64,000 bases of DNA, taken from positions 3,782,001-3,846,000 of the forward strand of contig CATNEN010000007.1 of NCBI GenBank assembly GCA_950097015.1, in the 5' to 3' direction. The stretch is from Macrostomum hystrix (taxonomy: Eukaryota > Animalia > Platyhelminthes). The translations under genes and the position numbers were made by a program. The notes under the pieces were generated by a model, which was not told the DNA's origin, did not search any database, and saw only the letters and a program-made list of their open reading frames with translations. Positions within the stretch are counted from its first letter, which is position 1; each line of letters begins with the position of its first letter. Below, piece after piece: positions 43,301 through 55,100 of this stretch.

Positions 43301-46300
43301 CTGCCCAAGCTACTCACTAGTTCCTGCCCAAGCTACTCACTAGTTCCTGCCCAAGCTACTCACTAGTTCCTGCCCAAGCTACTCAGTAGTTCTCCCAAGC
43401 TACTCACTGGATCTCCCAAGTTGGCAGGCTTGGCGGAGGACGGGGGGGGCTCAAGGCAAGAAATTGAATTCCTCGAATTTGATGGCCCGGCTGGCGGCGG
43501 AGAACTGCCGATCAGTTTGGAAGACTAGTTAGGAAGGAAGGAAAGAAGGAGGATAGAAAAGTTAGTGACGCATTGCGAAGAAGTCGCCCTGGGACCTCTG
43601 GGAAGCTGCGAATTTCACCGTCACCGCCTCCGCCGCCGCCGCCACACTGACTGTGGCCAGCTGCTTCCGCCCAGACATCTGCGCGCCTACTCAAGCCGTC
43701 CTGGCCGCTGTCTCCGTTTAGTAGCTCATTCTTTTCCTAGCGGGCCGTCCCCGAGCTCATCCCGCACGGAGAGTTGCCCCGAGCTGTTCCATCAAATTGG
43801 CCTCTCATTCACTGACAGACTCGGCAGGGAGCGGGGCCGGAGAAAGTGAGAGAGAGAGAGAGAGCTGGAGCGGGGCCTCCCATCCAGCCAATAACTCTTT
43901 CCGCGCGGCCGGCGCATTTTTTTCCCGTTGACTGAAACAGAAGAGAGACGGAGCAGAGGTTCTGGGAGGCTGGGGCTAGCTAGATGAAAGGATATAAATA
44001 ACGGAAGCTAAATTAGGCGCAGTGTAAGAAGTATATTGTATAGGCATATTCGCCGGACCGGCGCCGCGTGGAGACGAGTTGCAAGTATGAACTGTCAAGT
44101 TAAAACAATAGGGCAATAATTCTTTGGGCGGTCTGTGCATGTTTTTTGCTTTTAACAACAGTCAGCAAATTTGGCTGCGGATACAAACGCTGTGGTTGGC
44201 AGTGCAAGCAGCTCTTCTCGAGATTATTGAGTCAATATCGGGTGCGGGAGTTATATTTCTGCTTCTGCAAGAGAACGGGGACCAGAATTTTTATTCAGTC
44301 TTAATTCCCAGCCATCGGTCTTCATTCCCAATCATGCCGCTGGGTTACCGGATTAGCTCTGCCCTGCCCTAACTGGAGTCCGGGAAAACCAAGGTCAGTT
44401 CCCTCTTGAAACGCGCTTGAAGGGGAAGGAGGAGATAAAGCACGAGAAGCGGCTGAAAAGAGAGATCCCATTTTTTCAATCTATTCTTTTTTCCACTTCT
44501 TATTTTTGCCCCAACCTGGCGGCGTCCACCCCGCCCGCCTCTTCTGATCTCAAAGTCGCCGCTCGCAGCTTCTCCTGTTTTCATTTTTTCCCTCAGTCGG
44601 GTGGGTGGGCAGGGCAGACTCATTGTGCCATTCAAAGCTCGGCTTCCTGTCAAACCCTGCCTGAAGAATGAGTAGCCTGAGCAGTTTTTCATATTTGATT
44701 CTTATTTTTTAAAGGTCCGGAATGAACAGACACACGCGGGATAAGCGCGGCTGCAGTTGCTGGGCAGTTTCTAGCTCATGAAAGAGCGCATTGTGAGTGA
44801 ATGGCTCCTTCCGTCAGGCAGTTAAGCCCTAAGCCGAGCGGCACTCCAAGCAATGTCAAGCCCTTCATTCTTTCCAAAGCAGTTTTTTTCACCAAATTTT
44901 AACTCCCTATTTTTACAAGACCGTCAAACTGAGATTTGAGATCCCCAATCCGCTGCAATGCCCTCATTTTGTCAGCCGAATCTGTCCAGGTCTCGTCGTC
45001 TACCATCGGTACGGCTCTAATATATTTCCCCCTTTGTTTCACGAGTGCGCGGCCGCCGCATTCTTCTGGTCTCGGCTGATTCCCGCGAGGTGCGGACCAG
45101 ACGAAGAGGGGGGAGGAGGTTCCACGGCAACGCAGTCAGAGAGGGCCCCCCCACGGAGCTGGGCAAACACTGCTTCAGCCTTCGCTAGCCCCAGCACAAG
45201 AGTGAAAAGCCTTTTGGGGGCAGCAGGAAATTGTTGCTAAGTGTGCGGCCTGCTCGTCCTCGGCCAGCCGCTTCGCCTGGCAAATGTTGACCTGGAAATA
45301 CCTGTCCCCCGCTGAGTGGCGGGTGGGTGCCATGCTGCTTGAGCGATCACCTGAGTGGTCTAACAGGTAACTGAGCTCGATTCGGTGTGATCCGGGCTGT
45401 AAGAGTTGGCTGTGCCATCCGCAGAGGTCGCTAAACGTGCATTTCAAAGCATGGAGACCTGGCCGCTGGCCTTCTGTCCTGCCGAGCCAACAACAGAATT
45501 GCAGTGGTTCTCAAACGAGCGATTTGATACTCGATGAGAATTGCTATTTTTATACATTTCTATTACTATTATGATTGGTAACTCACTGACATGATGTCAC
45601 TATCTTGCAGTCACTCTCACTCTAACGCTAGATTCCGCTAGCAGCGTTTCCACCCGCCTATTAGATTTGAAATGTCGGTTTGAAACCAGTTCCCACAAGC
45701 AGGACAGAAGCAGCGCGGCAAACCTCGAAGCCGAACCAGGTGAGATTGAGCTGCGTCACATCGTAGGTCCACGAGCCGAACTCCAGGAAGCAGATCTGCG
45801 TGTCGAACGGAAAGAACTCGATCTCCACGGGGCAGGTGCTCTTGAACAGCGCTTGCGGAATCCACAGCACGGTGCCGTCTGCGTAGACCACAACCCGGGC
45901 CATTCGCTTCTCCAGAAGCCTCTCGTCGGCGAAGTTGTGCAGCCGGATGTCCGGCGTCCACACATCGTAGGGGAAGAGGCGCACCTGTGTGATGTTCTCA
46001 TAGTCGGTGCCTGCCCAGCTGTCCCAGCTGAGCAGCGGGTCTCGCCAGGTGTACCTCAGCCAGCAGTTGGTGCGCAGCAGCTGCCGGTTCTCGTCCAGAT
46101 CCAGGATCTGGATGATGGCCAGGCCAAACTCGATGGTGATCAGGTCGCTGCTGTTCACCACGGGCCGGCCCAGCAAGCCCACATCCCGGTAGCGTGACAC
46201 CAGCTGCTGGATCAGGGTCTTCTCGCGAGACTGCGTTGTCCACAGCTTGCCGTTGGCTGTCCGCGCTGCCGATTCGACCAGGCCTGTCGGCTCCGTTGAA

Positions 46301-46359
46301 TTCAGGCAGGCCGCGCTGTTTAAAAGGCTCAGTGCCAGCAGCGGCGCCAATGCTAGCAT
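38192..46359 (-). CDS. Nicotinic acetylcholine receptor subunit, non-alpha, predicted anion-selective (ACC-like); exons 46359-45724, 39755-39085, 38735-38192
   Basis: Signal peptide, WTPDIRLHN, Cys-loop CPVEIEFFPFDTQIC, FGSWTY, M1 (SILVLPCILLSCLTWVIFWL), linker PPESPAK, M2 (TQLGMNIFVAFFVLLLLL), M3 (YFYCLNMVTITLST) and M4 (WRALALVLDRVFFTLY). Junctions are in phase (0 and 2) with GT-AG ends. Confidence 0.93.
39984..40382 (+). mobile_element. tRNA-derived SINE family A, apparently full length with (ATT)n tail
   Basis: Box A TGGCAGAGCGG, box B-like GAGCTCGATTCC, body and an (ATT)n tail at about 40332-40380; lies antisense in nAChR intron 1. Confidence 0.82.
40383..40520 (+). mobile_element. Partial second copy of the SINE A body
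   Basis: GGGCTTGTCGTACAATTT...GAGGGCCAACC...CCTGACGATGAGAGAAAGTCAGG...CACACCTGTGTGAGCGTGTGCCTG repeats the middle of the preceding copy. Confidence 0.7.
41150..43420. repeat. 22/23-bp minisatellite in nAChR intron 1
   Basis: CCCAAGCTACTCACTAGTTCCTG with a ...CACTGGATCT variant, about 100 highly homogeneous copies. Confidence 0.96.
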
Positions 46360-46602
46360 GGCTGCTGTGAGCAGTTCTCAGTCGCCTTATCAGCTAGATG
46401 GCTGCCCTGGTCTTCCCTTCTGCTGCAAATGATATATTAGATCTGAGTGCAGCACCGGTGCTAGCCACCCCCCAGCCAATGGCGGCGCGCACTATAGCTG
46501 CGAGGGCAGCAGTGGGCAGCATGCTCCTCATGGCACCGCTTCTGGATTGGACGGAATGACTCCCCCAGAAAGCTGCGATTGCCTCTGTCTGAGACAGCCA
46601 AG

Positions 46603-46806
46603 CTGCTGCTGGACTACTAATGTTTATTAGCTAGTCTGATGGATACTCATCTGCTCAGCTCTGAGAACTGCTGCTGGACTACTAATGTTTATTATCTAGT
46701 CTGATGGATACTCATCTGCTCAGCCCTGAGAACTGGAGTCTGACACCCAGCAGAGAGACGACTGACTGATCAATGGCCTGCCAACCAGCAGACTGGCCTT
46801 CGGACC

Positions 46807-46846
<40 letters not shown>

Positions 46847-46847
46847 C

Positions 46848-46903
<56 letters not shown>

Positions 46904-46905
46904 GT
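46603..46905. repeat. 65-bp tandem duplication (46603-46737) and (GACA)n microsatellite (46807-46905)
   Basis: CTGCTGCTGGACTACTAATGTTTATTA... occurs at 46603 and 46668; about 24 GACA units follow. Confidence 0.85.
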
Positions 46906-46916
46906 CCTGGTTCTGA

Positions 46917-47240
46917 GGGGGTGAGTGGCAGAGCGGTTAACGCGGTTGCCTTCCACACCAAGGTCTCTGAGCTCGATTCCACGACGAGGTCACATTTACA
47001 GACACTACGAGCATTTGGGGCGCAGCCGCGGAGAGAAGGCTTGGGGGGCTTGACGTGCAATTTACACCCTTGAGGGTCAAACTTCAAGGCACAGTAAAAT
47101 GAGGATGAGAAAGTCAGGACTGATGTACACACCTGTGTGAGCGTGTGCCTGTGTACAGTATCTGTGTGCGTGTGCTCAGTAGTCAGCGGAATGGTCAGAA
47201 TTGCATCCTCGCTGGCTGCGGGTGCACTGTATTATATTAT
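46917..47240 (+). mobile_element. tRNA-derived SINE family A copy upstream of the nAChR gene
   Basis: Same head (GGGGGTGAGTGGCAGAGCGGTTAACGCG...GAGCTCGATTCC) and body, with a short TATTAT tail. Confidence 0.8.
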
Positions 47241-48835
47241 TCCTGTTCGTTTGTTGAGTCAGTTAGCTAATCCCAAAAAAGACAGACCCCTCCAAAAAGA
47301 CTTCAAGCAGTGTGGGTTGCCGGAATTCTGAGCAGGCGCTCGTCAGCTCAGCGATCATGCTCATAAATGTATGAGCAGCTGCACTCAAATAAAATATTGC
47401 TTACAACAGTTGCAGAACAGCGGCGCGCTCGCATGGGACCTTGGCAATATAAATATTGATTAATTCTTTTTTGAAGCTGCGAAATGCCGGCGAGTAAAAA
47501 TGGAAAGAGAAATAGAGCAGCAGTTCAGAATAATTATTTGAGCACAGATGAGCTCACATGAGACCAACTCCCAACCCGAGCTTCCACTGCGAAGCAAAGT
47601 GCGCAGCTAAGGCTGGTCGGCGCAGATTTTCGCAACTACATATCGCTTTCATTTCTGAGTTTGCTGAGGCCCGTCCTTAGTTACTTGTGACGCTGCCTTT
47701 TGTTTTCATCCTGACAGCGTACTTTGTTGTTGTTGTTTTGTTGTTTTTGTTGGCTACTAAGAGTGGGCAACTTGTGTCAACTGGCTCAAACCAATTCGGC
47801 TGCTTTCCTGGAAACTCGAATCCTGGAAATCGCACCTCTGGGGATTTAGAAACCAGTTGAACCTGTTGCAGCTGTTTGATTTCACTGTGCCTAGTGACTG
47901 CATATCTGCCACTTAGTAGCTTGGAATCCCCTAATATATTAAGCTCTTCTGTCCGGTAGCTGTGCCACAGACGGCAGAACATCAGTGTTAACCTGATGAT
48001 AATCTAAATAGGCAGCAAAAGATCAATCTAAATATTCTTTTTTTTCGCGCAGTGTTGAGCGGATTTAAAAAAATTATGGTCTAAATTCGAGACAAAAGCA
48101 ATATTTCTTACTGTCTTGCTATGCCCAAGTGTTAGAGGTTCACTCATATGGCTATCAGTAAAATCGACAGAATTTGCCAACTATTTTGCTTACAGTAGTT
48201 CAAACGCGTTTTTCAAATAGATTTTGACAGTTTTCTTCCTTCTGGTTGTGCCAAGCAGCTTTATTCTTCCGATGGAAAACAATTTACACGGCAAAGTTTA
48301 CGCAAAAAGCGGGTTTAGCTTAAAAGCAATTGCAAAAAGGTTAATTATTGCAGTGTTAGCATCGAGTGAGTGATTGGCTAGAGTCTCGGCTTTTAAATTG
48401 CAGAAGCCAAGTGGATTGCTCAAATGAGTGTGTTGAGGTAACTGTTATCGCTTCTACTCGTAAGAGTGAATCGACCTCATTATCCGCTTCTAAAGAAAAG
48501 CGAAGCAAAAAGGCCACTTTTGAATTCAGTAACTAGAAGTTCATAAAAATTGTCATTCATTTTCAACAGGATCAGAAAAAAAACAATATTATCAGCACAA
48601 GGAACAAACAAGTGCGCGACATGAAAAAGTAGATCTTGAGTAGAGAAAGCTTATTAAATTTATGGATCATTTAAGCTGCCTGGACGAGAAGGGACTAATT
48701 GCATGGCCGGGATAAAAAATGTGCTGGTCAGACAGCTAACTAAGAAATTCTCTATGCTTAGCTAAGCCCGCGCGGCGGCACAGGAATTCAACCCTGATCA
48801 TTTCGAGACATTTATTGCAGCGTCACAGTCTCTGC

Positions 48836-48907
48836 CTACTCATCAGTAGCACAGACCGCATTTTCGCCTGTGACAATTCCCGAGGGAGACGCTTCACAAC
48901 TGTCTTC

Positions 48908-48947
<40 letters not shown>

Positions 48948-49074
48948 TGCTGTTGCTGGTGAGTCTGTTGGGGTGATTTTTTCCCTTCTTCAAGAAGTTC
49001 TTGGTTCTTCAATTCCTCCTGCTGTTGTAACAGCTGCTGCCGCTGCTGCTGCTGCTGTTGTTGTTGTTGCTGCT

Positions 49075-49106
<32 letters not shown>

Positions 49107-49143
49107 TGCTGCTGCTGTTGTTGTTGTTGCTGCTGCTGCTGCT

Positions 49144-49175
<32 letters not shown>

Positions 49176-52100
49176 TGCTGCTGTTGCTGCAAATACTGTT
49201 GGGCCTGTCGCTGCAGCATCTGTTTGTGCTGAATCTGTTGATAATGCTGGTACTGCAGGTACTGCTGCTGCTGCTGCTGCGGCTGAGCGGAATCGCGCAG
49301 CAGGCTGTTTGCCTCCCTCAGCAGGCTGTCAGCCCGGTGCAGCATCCGCCGGCTCAGCTCCAGGCGGCTTTCGTCCACCTCGGACTCCGCATCGCCATCA
49401 GCATCGACGTCCAGCTCAGCCATTGTCGGCTGCTGGTGCTGCCTGCCGGAGCTCCCAGCGATCGGCGACATGAATGGGACGGCCTCCTCGGGCACGGAGG
49501 ACGGCACCGACGTCAGCTGCTGCGATCGGCGCAACGACGACACGCCACCGCCCATGTGGCGCAGCGAGCCCTGGCGCGAGGCCGGCCTCGACTCCTGCAG
49601 CGGCACGCTGTCGTACAGCATGCGGGACATCGAGTCCGACACTCCCTGCAGGTAGCTCAGGCTGCAGTGCTGGTTGCCAGCTGGCGGCAGCGTTCGAGAC
49701 CTGCCATTCATGCCGTCGGCGGGGAAGGTCTAACTGGGATTCTAATCTAACTGGGATTCTAGTCTAACTGGGAATCTAATCTAACTGGGATTCTAGTATA
49801 ACTGGGATTCTAGTCTAACTGGGAATCTAGTCTAACTGGGAATCTAATCTAACTGGGATTCTAGTCTAACTGGGAATCTAATCTAACTGGGATTCTAGTC
49901 TAACTGGGAATCTAATCTAACTGGGATTCTAGTCTAACTGGGAATCTAATCTAACTGGGATTCTAGGCTAACTGGGAATATAGTCTAACTGGGATTCTAA
50001 TCTAACTGGGATTCTAGTATAACTGGGAATATAGTCTAACTGGGATTCTAATCTAACTGGGATTCTAGTCTAACTGGGAATCTAATCTAACTGGGATTCT
50101 AGTATAACTGGGATTCTAGTCTAACTGGGAATCTAGTCTAACTGGGAATCTAATCTAACTGGGATTCTAGTCTAACTGGGAATCTAATCTAACTGGGATT
50201 CTAGTCTAACTGGGAATCTAATCTAACTGGGATTCTAGTCTAACTGGGAATCTAATCTAACTGGGATTCTAGGCTAACTGGGAATATAGTCTAACTGGGA
50301 TTCTAATCTAATTGCGATTAGATTACAAGAGCTATCGTTGGAACGCTCGGTGAACGGAAGAAATCGGAAATTAAGCGTCTTGCTCAAGGGCACAAATTGT
50401 TAGAACCAATGACCTCTAAGTTCTAACTGCTGGGCCATAGAAACCTTAGAATTCAATCAATTTCGCATTCTAAACCAACCTGGGAATGCAGCCCGAGTGC
50501 TCCATGTAGGTGCTCTCCATTGTGCTGAGCGAGGCCCGCTGCCCTGGCCTGCCCAGCCCGGTTGTGTTTGTAACCGAGCGACCCAGAGCGCGCAACTCCT
50601 CGTAGGTGTTGTCATTGTCCGCTGACGCGGCGGATTTTTCCTCCACCTGGACGGTTGTCACACAGAGGCACTGCGCCAGGCAGCCCGGCGGCTCCTGCTT
50701 GCGACGGCGCACCGCTGAAGGGTGCAACAATGCCGTCTCGTTTTTTGTCTCCCGAAACCATTCGAACTCTTCTCTGCCCCGTGCCTACTTCTGATTGGCT
50801 GTTCACTAATCCACCACCTCTTTCCTCCATTTATCTTCCCGTGCCTGCCTCTGATTGGATGTTCACTAACCCACACATTTTTCCTCTATTTTATCTACCC
50901 CTTGCCTGCTTCTGATTCGCTGTTCACTAACCCACCACCTCTTTCCTCCATTTATTTATCTTCCCATGCCTGCCTCTGATTGGCTGTTCACTAACTTATC
51001 TTCTCATACATGTCTCCATTTCAATTTCATCTCCATTGCCTTTGTTGTCTGTCTTCTCACTCCCATTATTAATATTTTTCTGCGACACGAGGCGAAGGCA
51101 AATATTTTAACTTTTAAACCGAGGGTCCAAAAAGCAATGTACTAAAAGTAGACAGGCAGGGCTGCTTTAGTGAATCTAGCCATAAAATAAACAAATAAAT
51201 CTAGCTAATGCGTTTTGTCAGCTCTCTATTTGCACTAGCCAAATAACAAGGCTAGAACCAATGTCAACAGTGCAGTGGAGCCGAGTGTTTAGGAAATCAA
51301 TAATGCCGGCACTTCGTGTCGGAGCACAAAGGCACTGCTATCGATCGCAGCCCAGCGCATAATAAATTAGCCTCAAGCCTTCCTCAAATCCCAGCGCACC
51401 CTTACCTGGCTGAGAAGTGCCAGAGTACAACAATTTACAAGGCATAAGGCTGCCTTTATGCAAAATAACGACTAAATTAACCAGCTTTTATGAGTTGAGT
51501 CACATTGTCTCTTTTTTTGCTCACACTTCTAGATAGTTCGGCTATATTGTGGTCTAAAATACTCTACCCTTGATAATCACAGTGCATCCAACTCTACCCT
51601 TGATAATCCCAGTGCATCCAACTCTACCCTTGATAATCACAGTGCATCCAACTCTACCCTTGATAATCCCAGTGCATCCAACTCTACCCTTGATAATCAC
51701 AGTGCATCCAACTCTACCCTTGATAATCACAGTGCATCCAACTCTACCCTTGATAATCACAGTGCATCCAACTCTACCCAAGACGATCCCAGTATATCTT
51801 ACTCTACTCTAGACAACCCTAGTGTATCCTACTCTACTCTAGACAATCCTAGTCTGTCCTACTCTACTCTAGACAATCCCAGTGTATCCAACTCTACCCT
51901 AGACAATCCCAGCGTATCCTACTCTACTCTAGACAATCCCAGCGTATCCAACTCTACCCTAGACAATCCCAGCGTATCCTACTCTACCCTAGACAATCCC
52001 AGCGTATCCTACTCTACCCTAGACAATCCCAGTGTATCCTACTCTACCCTAGACAGCCCCAGTGTATCCTACTCTACCCTAGACAATCCCAGTGTATCCA

Positions 52101-55100
52101 ACTCTACCCAAGACGATCCCAGTATATCTTACTCTACTCTAGACAACCCTAGTGTATCCTACTCTACTCTAGACAATCCTAGTCTGTCCTACTCTACTCT
52201 AGACAATCCCAGTGTATCCATCTCTACCCTAGACAATCCCAGCGTATCCTACTCTACTCTAGACAATCCCAGCGTATCCAACTCTACCCTAGACAATCCC
52301 AGCGTATCCTACTCTACCCTAGACAATCCCAGCGTATCCTACTCTACCCTAGACAATCCCAGTGTATCCTACTCTACCCTAGACAATCCCAGTGTATCCA
52401 ACTCTACCCAAGACGATCCCAGTATATCTTACTCTACTCTAGACAACCCTAGTGTATCCTACTCTACTCTAGACAATCCTAGTCTGTCCTACTCTACTCT
52501 AGACAATCCCAGTGTATCCAACTCTACCCTAGACAATCCCAGCGTATCCTACTCTACCCTAGACAATCCCAGCGTATCCTACTCTACCCTAGACAATCCC
52601 AGCGTATCCTACTCTACCCTAGACAATCCCAGCGTATCCTACTCTACCCTAGACAATCCCAGTGTATCCTACTCTACCCTAGACAATCCCAGTGTATCCA
52701 ACTCTACCCTAGACAATCCCAGTGTATCCTACTCTACCCTAGACAATCCCAGTGTATCCAACTCTACCCAAGACGATCCCAGTATATCTTACTCTACTCT
52801 AGACAACCCTAGTGTATCCTACTCTACTCTAGACAATCCTAGCGTATCCTACTCTACTCTAGACAATCCCAGCGTATCCAACTCTACTCTAGACAATCCC
52901 AGCGTATCCTACTCTACTCTAGACAATCCCAGCGTATCCTACTCTACCCTAGACAATCCCAGCGTATCCTACTCTACCCTAGACAATCCCAGCGTATCCT
53001 ACTCTACCCTAGACAATCCCAGTGTATCCTACTCTACCCTAGACAATCCCAGTGTATCCAACTCTACCCAAGACGATCCCAGTATATCTTACTCTACTCT
53101 AGACAATCCCAGTGTATCCTACTCTACTCTAGACAATCCTAGTCTGTCCTACTCTACTCTAGACAATCCCAGTGTATCCAACTCTACCCTAGACAATCCC
53201 AGCGTATCCTACTCTACTCTAGACAATCCCAGCGTATCCTACTCTACCCTAGACAATCCCAGCGTATCCTACTCTACCCTAGACAATCCCAGTGTATCCT
53301 ACTCTACCCTAGACAGCCCCAGTGTATCCTACTCTACCCTAGACAATCCCAGTGTATCCAACTCTACCCAAGACGATCCCAGTATATCTTACTCTACTCT
53401 AGACAACCCTAGTGTATCCTACTCTACTCTAGACAATCCTAGTCTGTCCTACTCTACTCTAGACAATCCCAGTGTATCCAACTCTACCCTAGACAATCCC
53501 AGCGTATCCTACTCTACTCTAGACAATCCCAGCGTATCCAACTCTACCCTAGACAATCCCAGCGTATCCTACTCTACCCTAGACAATCCCAGCGTATCCT
53601 ACTCTACCCTAGACAATCCCAGTGTATCCTACTCTACCCTAGACAATCCCAGTGTATCCAACTCTACCCAAGACGATCCCAGTATATCTTACTCTACTCT
53701 AGACAACCCTAGTGTATCCTACTCTACTCTAGACAATCCTAGTCTGTCCTACTCTACTCTAGACAATCCCAGTGTATCCAACTCTACCCTAGACAATCCC
53801 AGCGTATCCTACTCTACTCTAGACAATCCCAGCGTATCCTACTCTACCCTAGACAATCCCAGCGTATCCTACTCTACCCTAGACAATCCCAGCGTATCCT
53901 ACTCTACCCTAGACAATCCCAGTGTATCCTACTCTACCCTAGACAATCCCAGCGTATCCTACTCTACCCTAGACAATCCCAGTGTATCCTACTCTACCCT
54001 AGACAATCCCAGTGTATCCAACTCTACCCAAGACGATCCCAGTATATCTTACTCTACTCTAGACAATCCCAGTGTATCCTACTCTACTCTAGACAATCCT
54101 AGTCTGTCCTACTCTACTCTAGACAATCCCAGTGTATCCAACTCTACCCTAGACAATCCCAGCGTATCCTACTCTACTCTAGACAATCCCAGCGTATCCT
54201 ACTCTACCCTAGACAATCCCAGCGTATCCTACTCTACCCTAGACAATCCCAGTGTATCCTACTCTACCCTAGACAGCCCCAGTGTATCCTACTCTACCCT
54301 AGACAATCCCAGTGTATCCAACTCTACCCAAGACGATCCCAGTATATCTTACTCTACTCTAGACAACCCTAGTGTATCCTACTCTACTCTAGACAATCCT
54401 AGTCTGTCCTACTCTACTCTAGACAATTCCAGTGTATCCAACTCTACCCTAGACAATCCCAGCGTATCCTACTCTACTCTAGACAATCCCAGCGTATCCA
54501 ACTCTACCCTAGACAATCCCAGCGTATCCTACTCTACCCTAGACAATCCCAGCGTATCCTACTCTACCCTAGACAATCCCAGTGTATCCTACTCTACCCT
54601 AGACAATCCCAGTGTATCCAACTCTACCCAAGACGATCCCAGTATATCTTACTCTACTCTAGACAACCCTAGTGTATCCTACTCTACTCTAGACAATCCT
54701 AGTCTGTCCTACTCTACTCTAGACAATCCCAGTGTATCCAACTCTACCCTAGACAATCCCAGCGTATCCTACTCTACTCTAGACAATCCCAGCGTATCCT
54801 ACTCTACCCTAGACAATCCCAGCGTATCCTACTCTACCCTAGACAATCCCAGCGTATCCTACTCTACCCTAGACAATCCCAGTGTATCCTACTCTACCCT
54901 AGACAATCCCAGTGTATCCAACTCTACCCAAGACGATCCCAGTATATCTTACTCTACTCTAGACAACCCTAGTGTATCCTACTCTACTCTAGACAATCCT
55001 AGTCTGTCCTACTCTACTCTAGACAATCCCAGTGTATCCAACTCTACCCTAGACAATCCCAGCGTATCCTACTCTACTCTAGACAATCCCAGCGTATTTT

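Noticed and set aside
43420-45500. GC-rich unique sequence with several short ORFs in nAChR intron 1
   Set aside because: No phase-compatible exon is needed, since exon 1 joins exon 2 in frame, and no motif was recognised; possibly regulatory, but unsupported.
47677-47982. 101-aa minus-strand ORF between the receptor and nAChR genes
   Set aside because: No recognisable motif, contains a microsatellite, and cannot be linked to a gene model.
49058-49750. 230-aa poly-Leu ORF and 166-aa poly-Ala ORF on the plus strand
   Set aside because: Antisense shadows of the polyQ exon.
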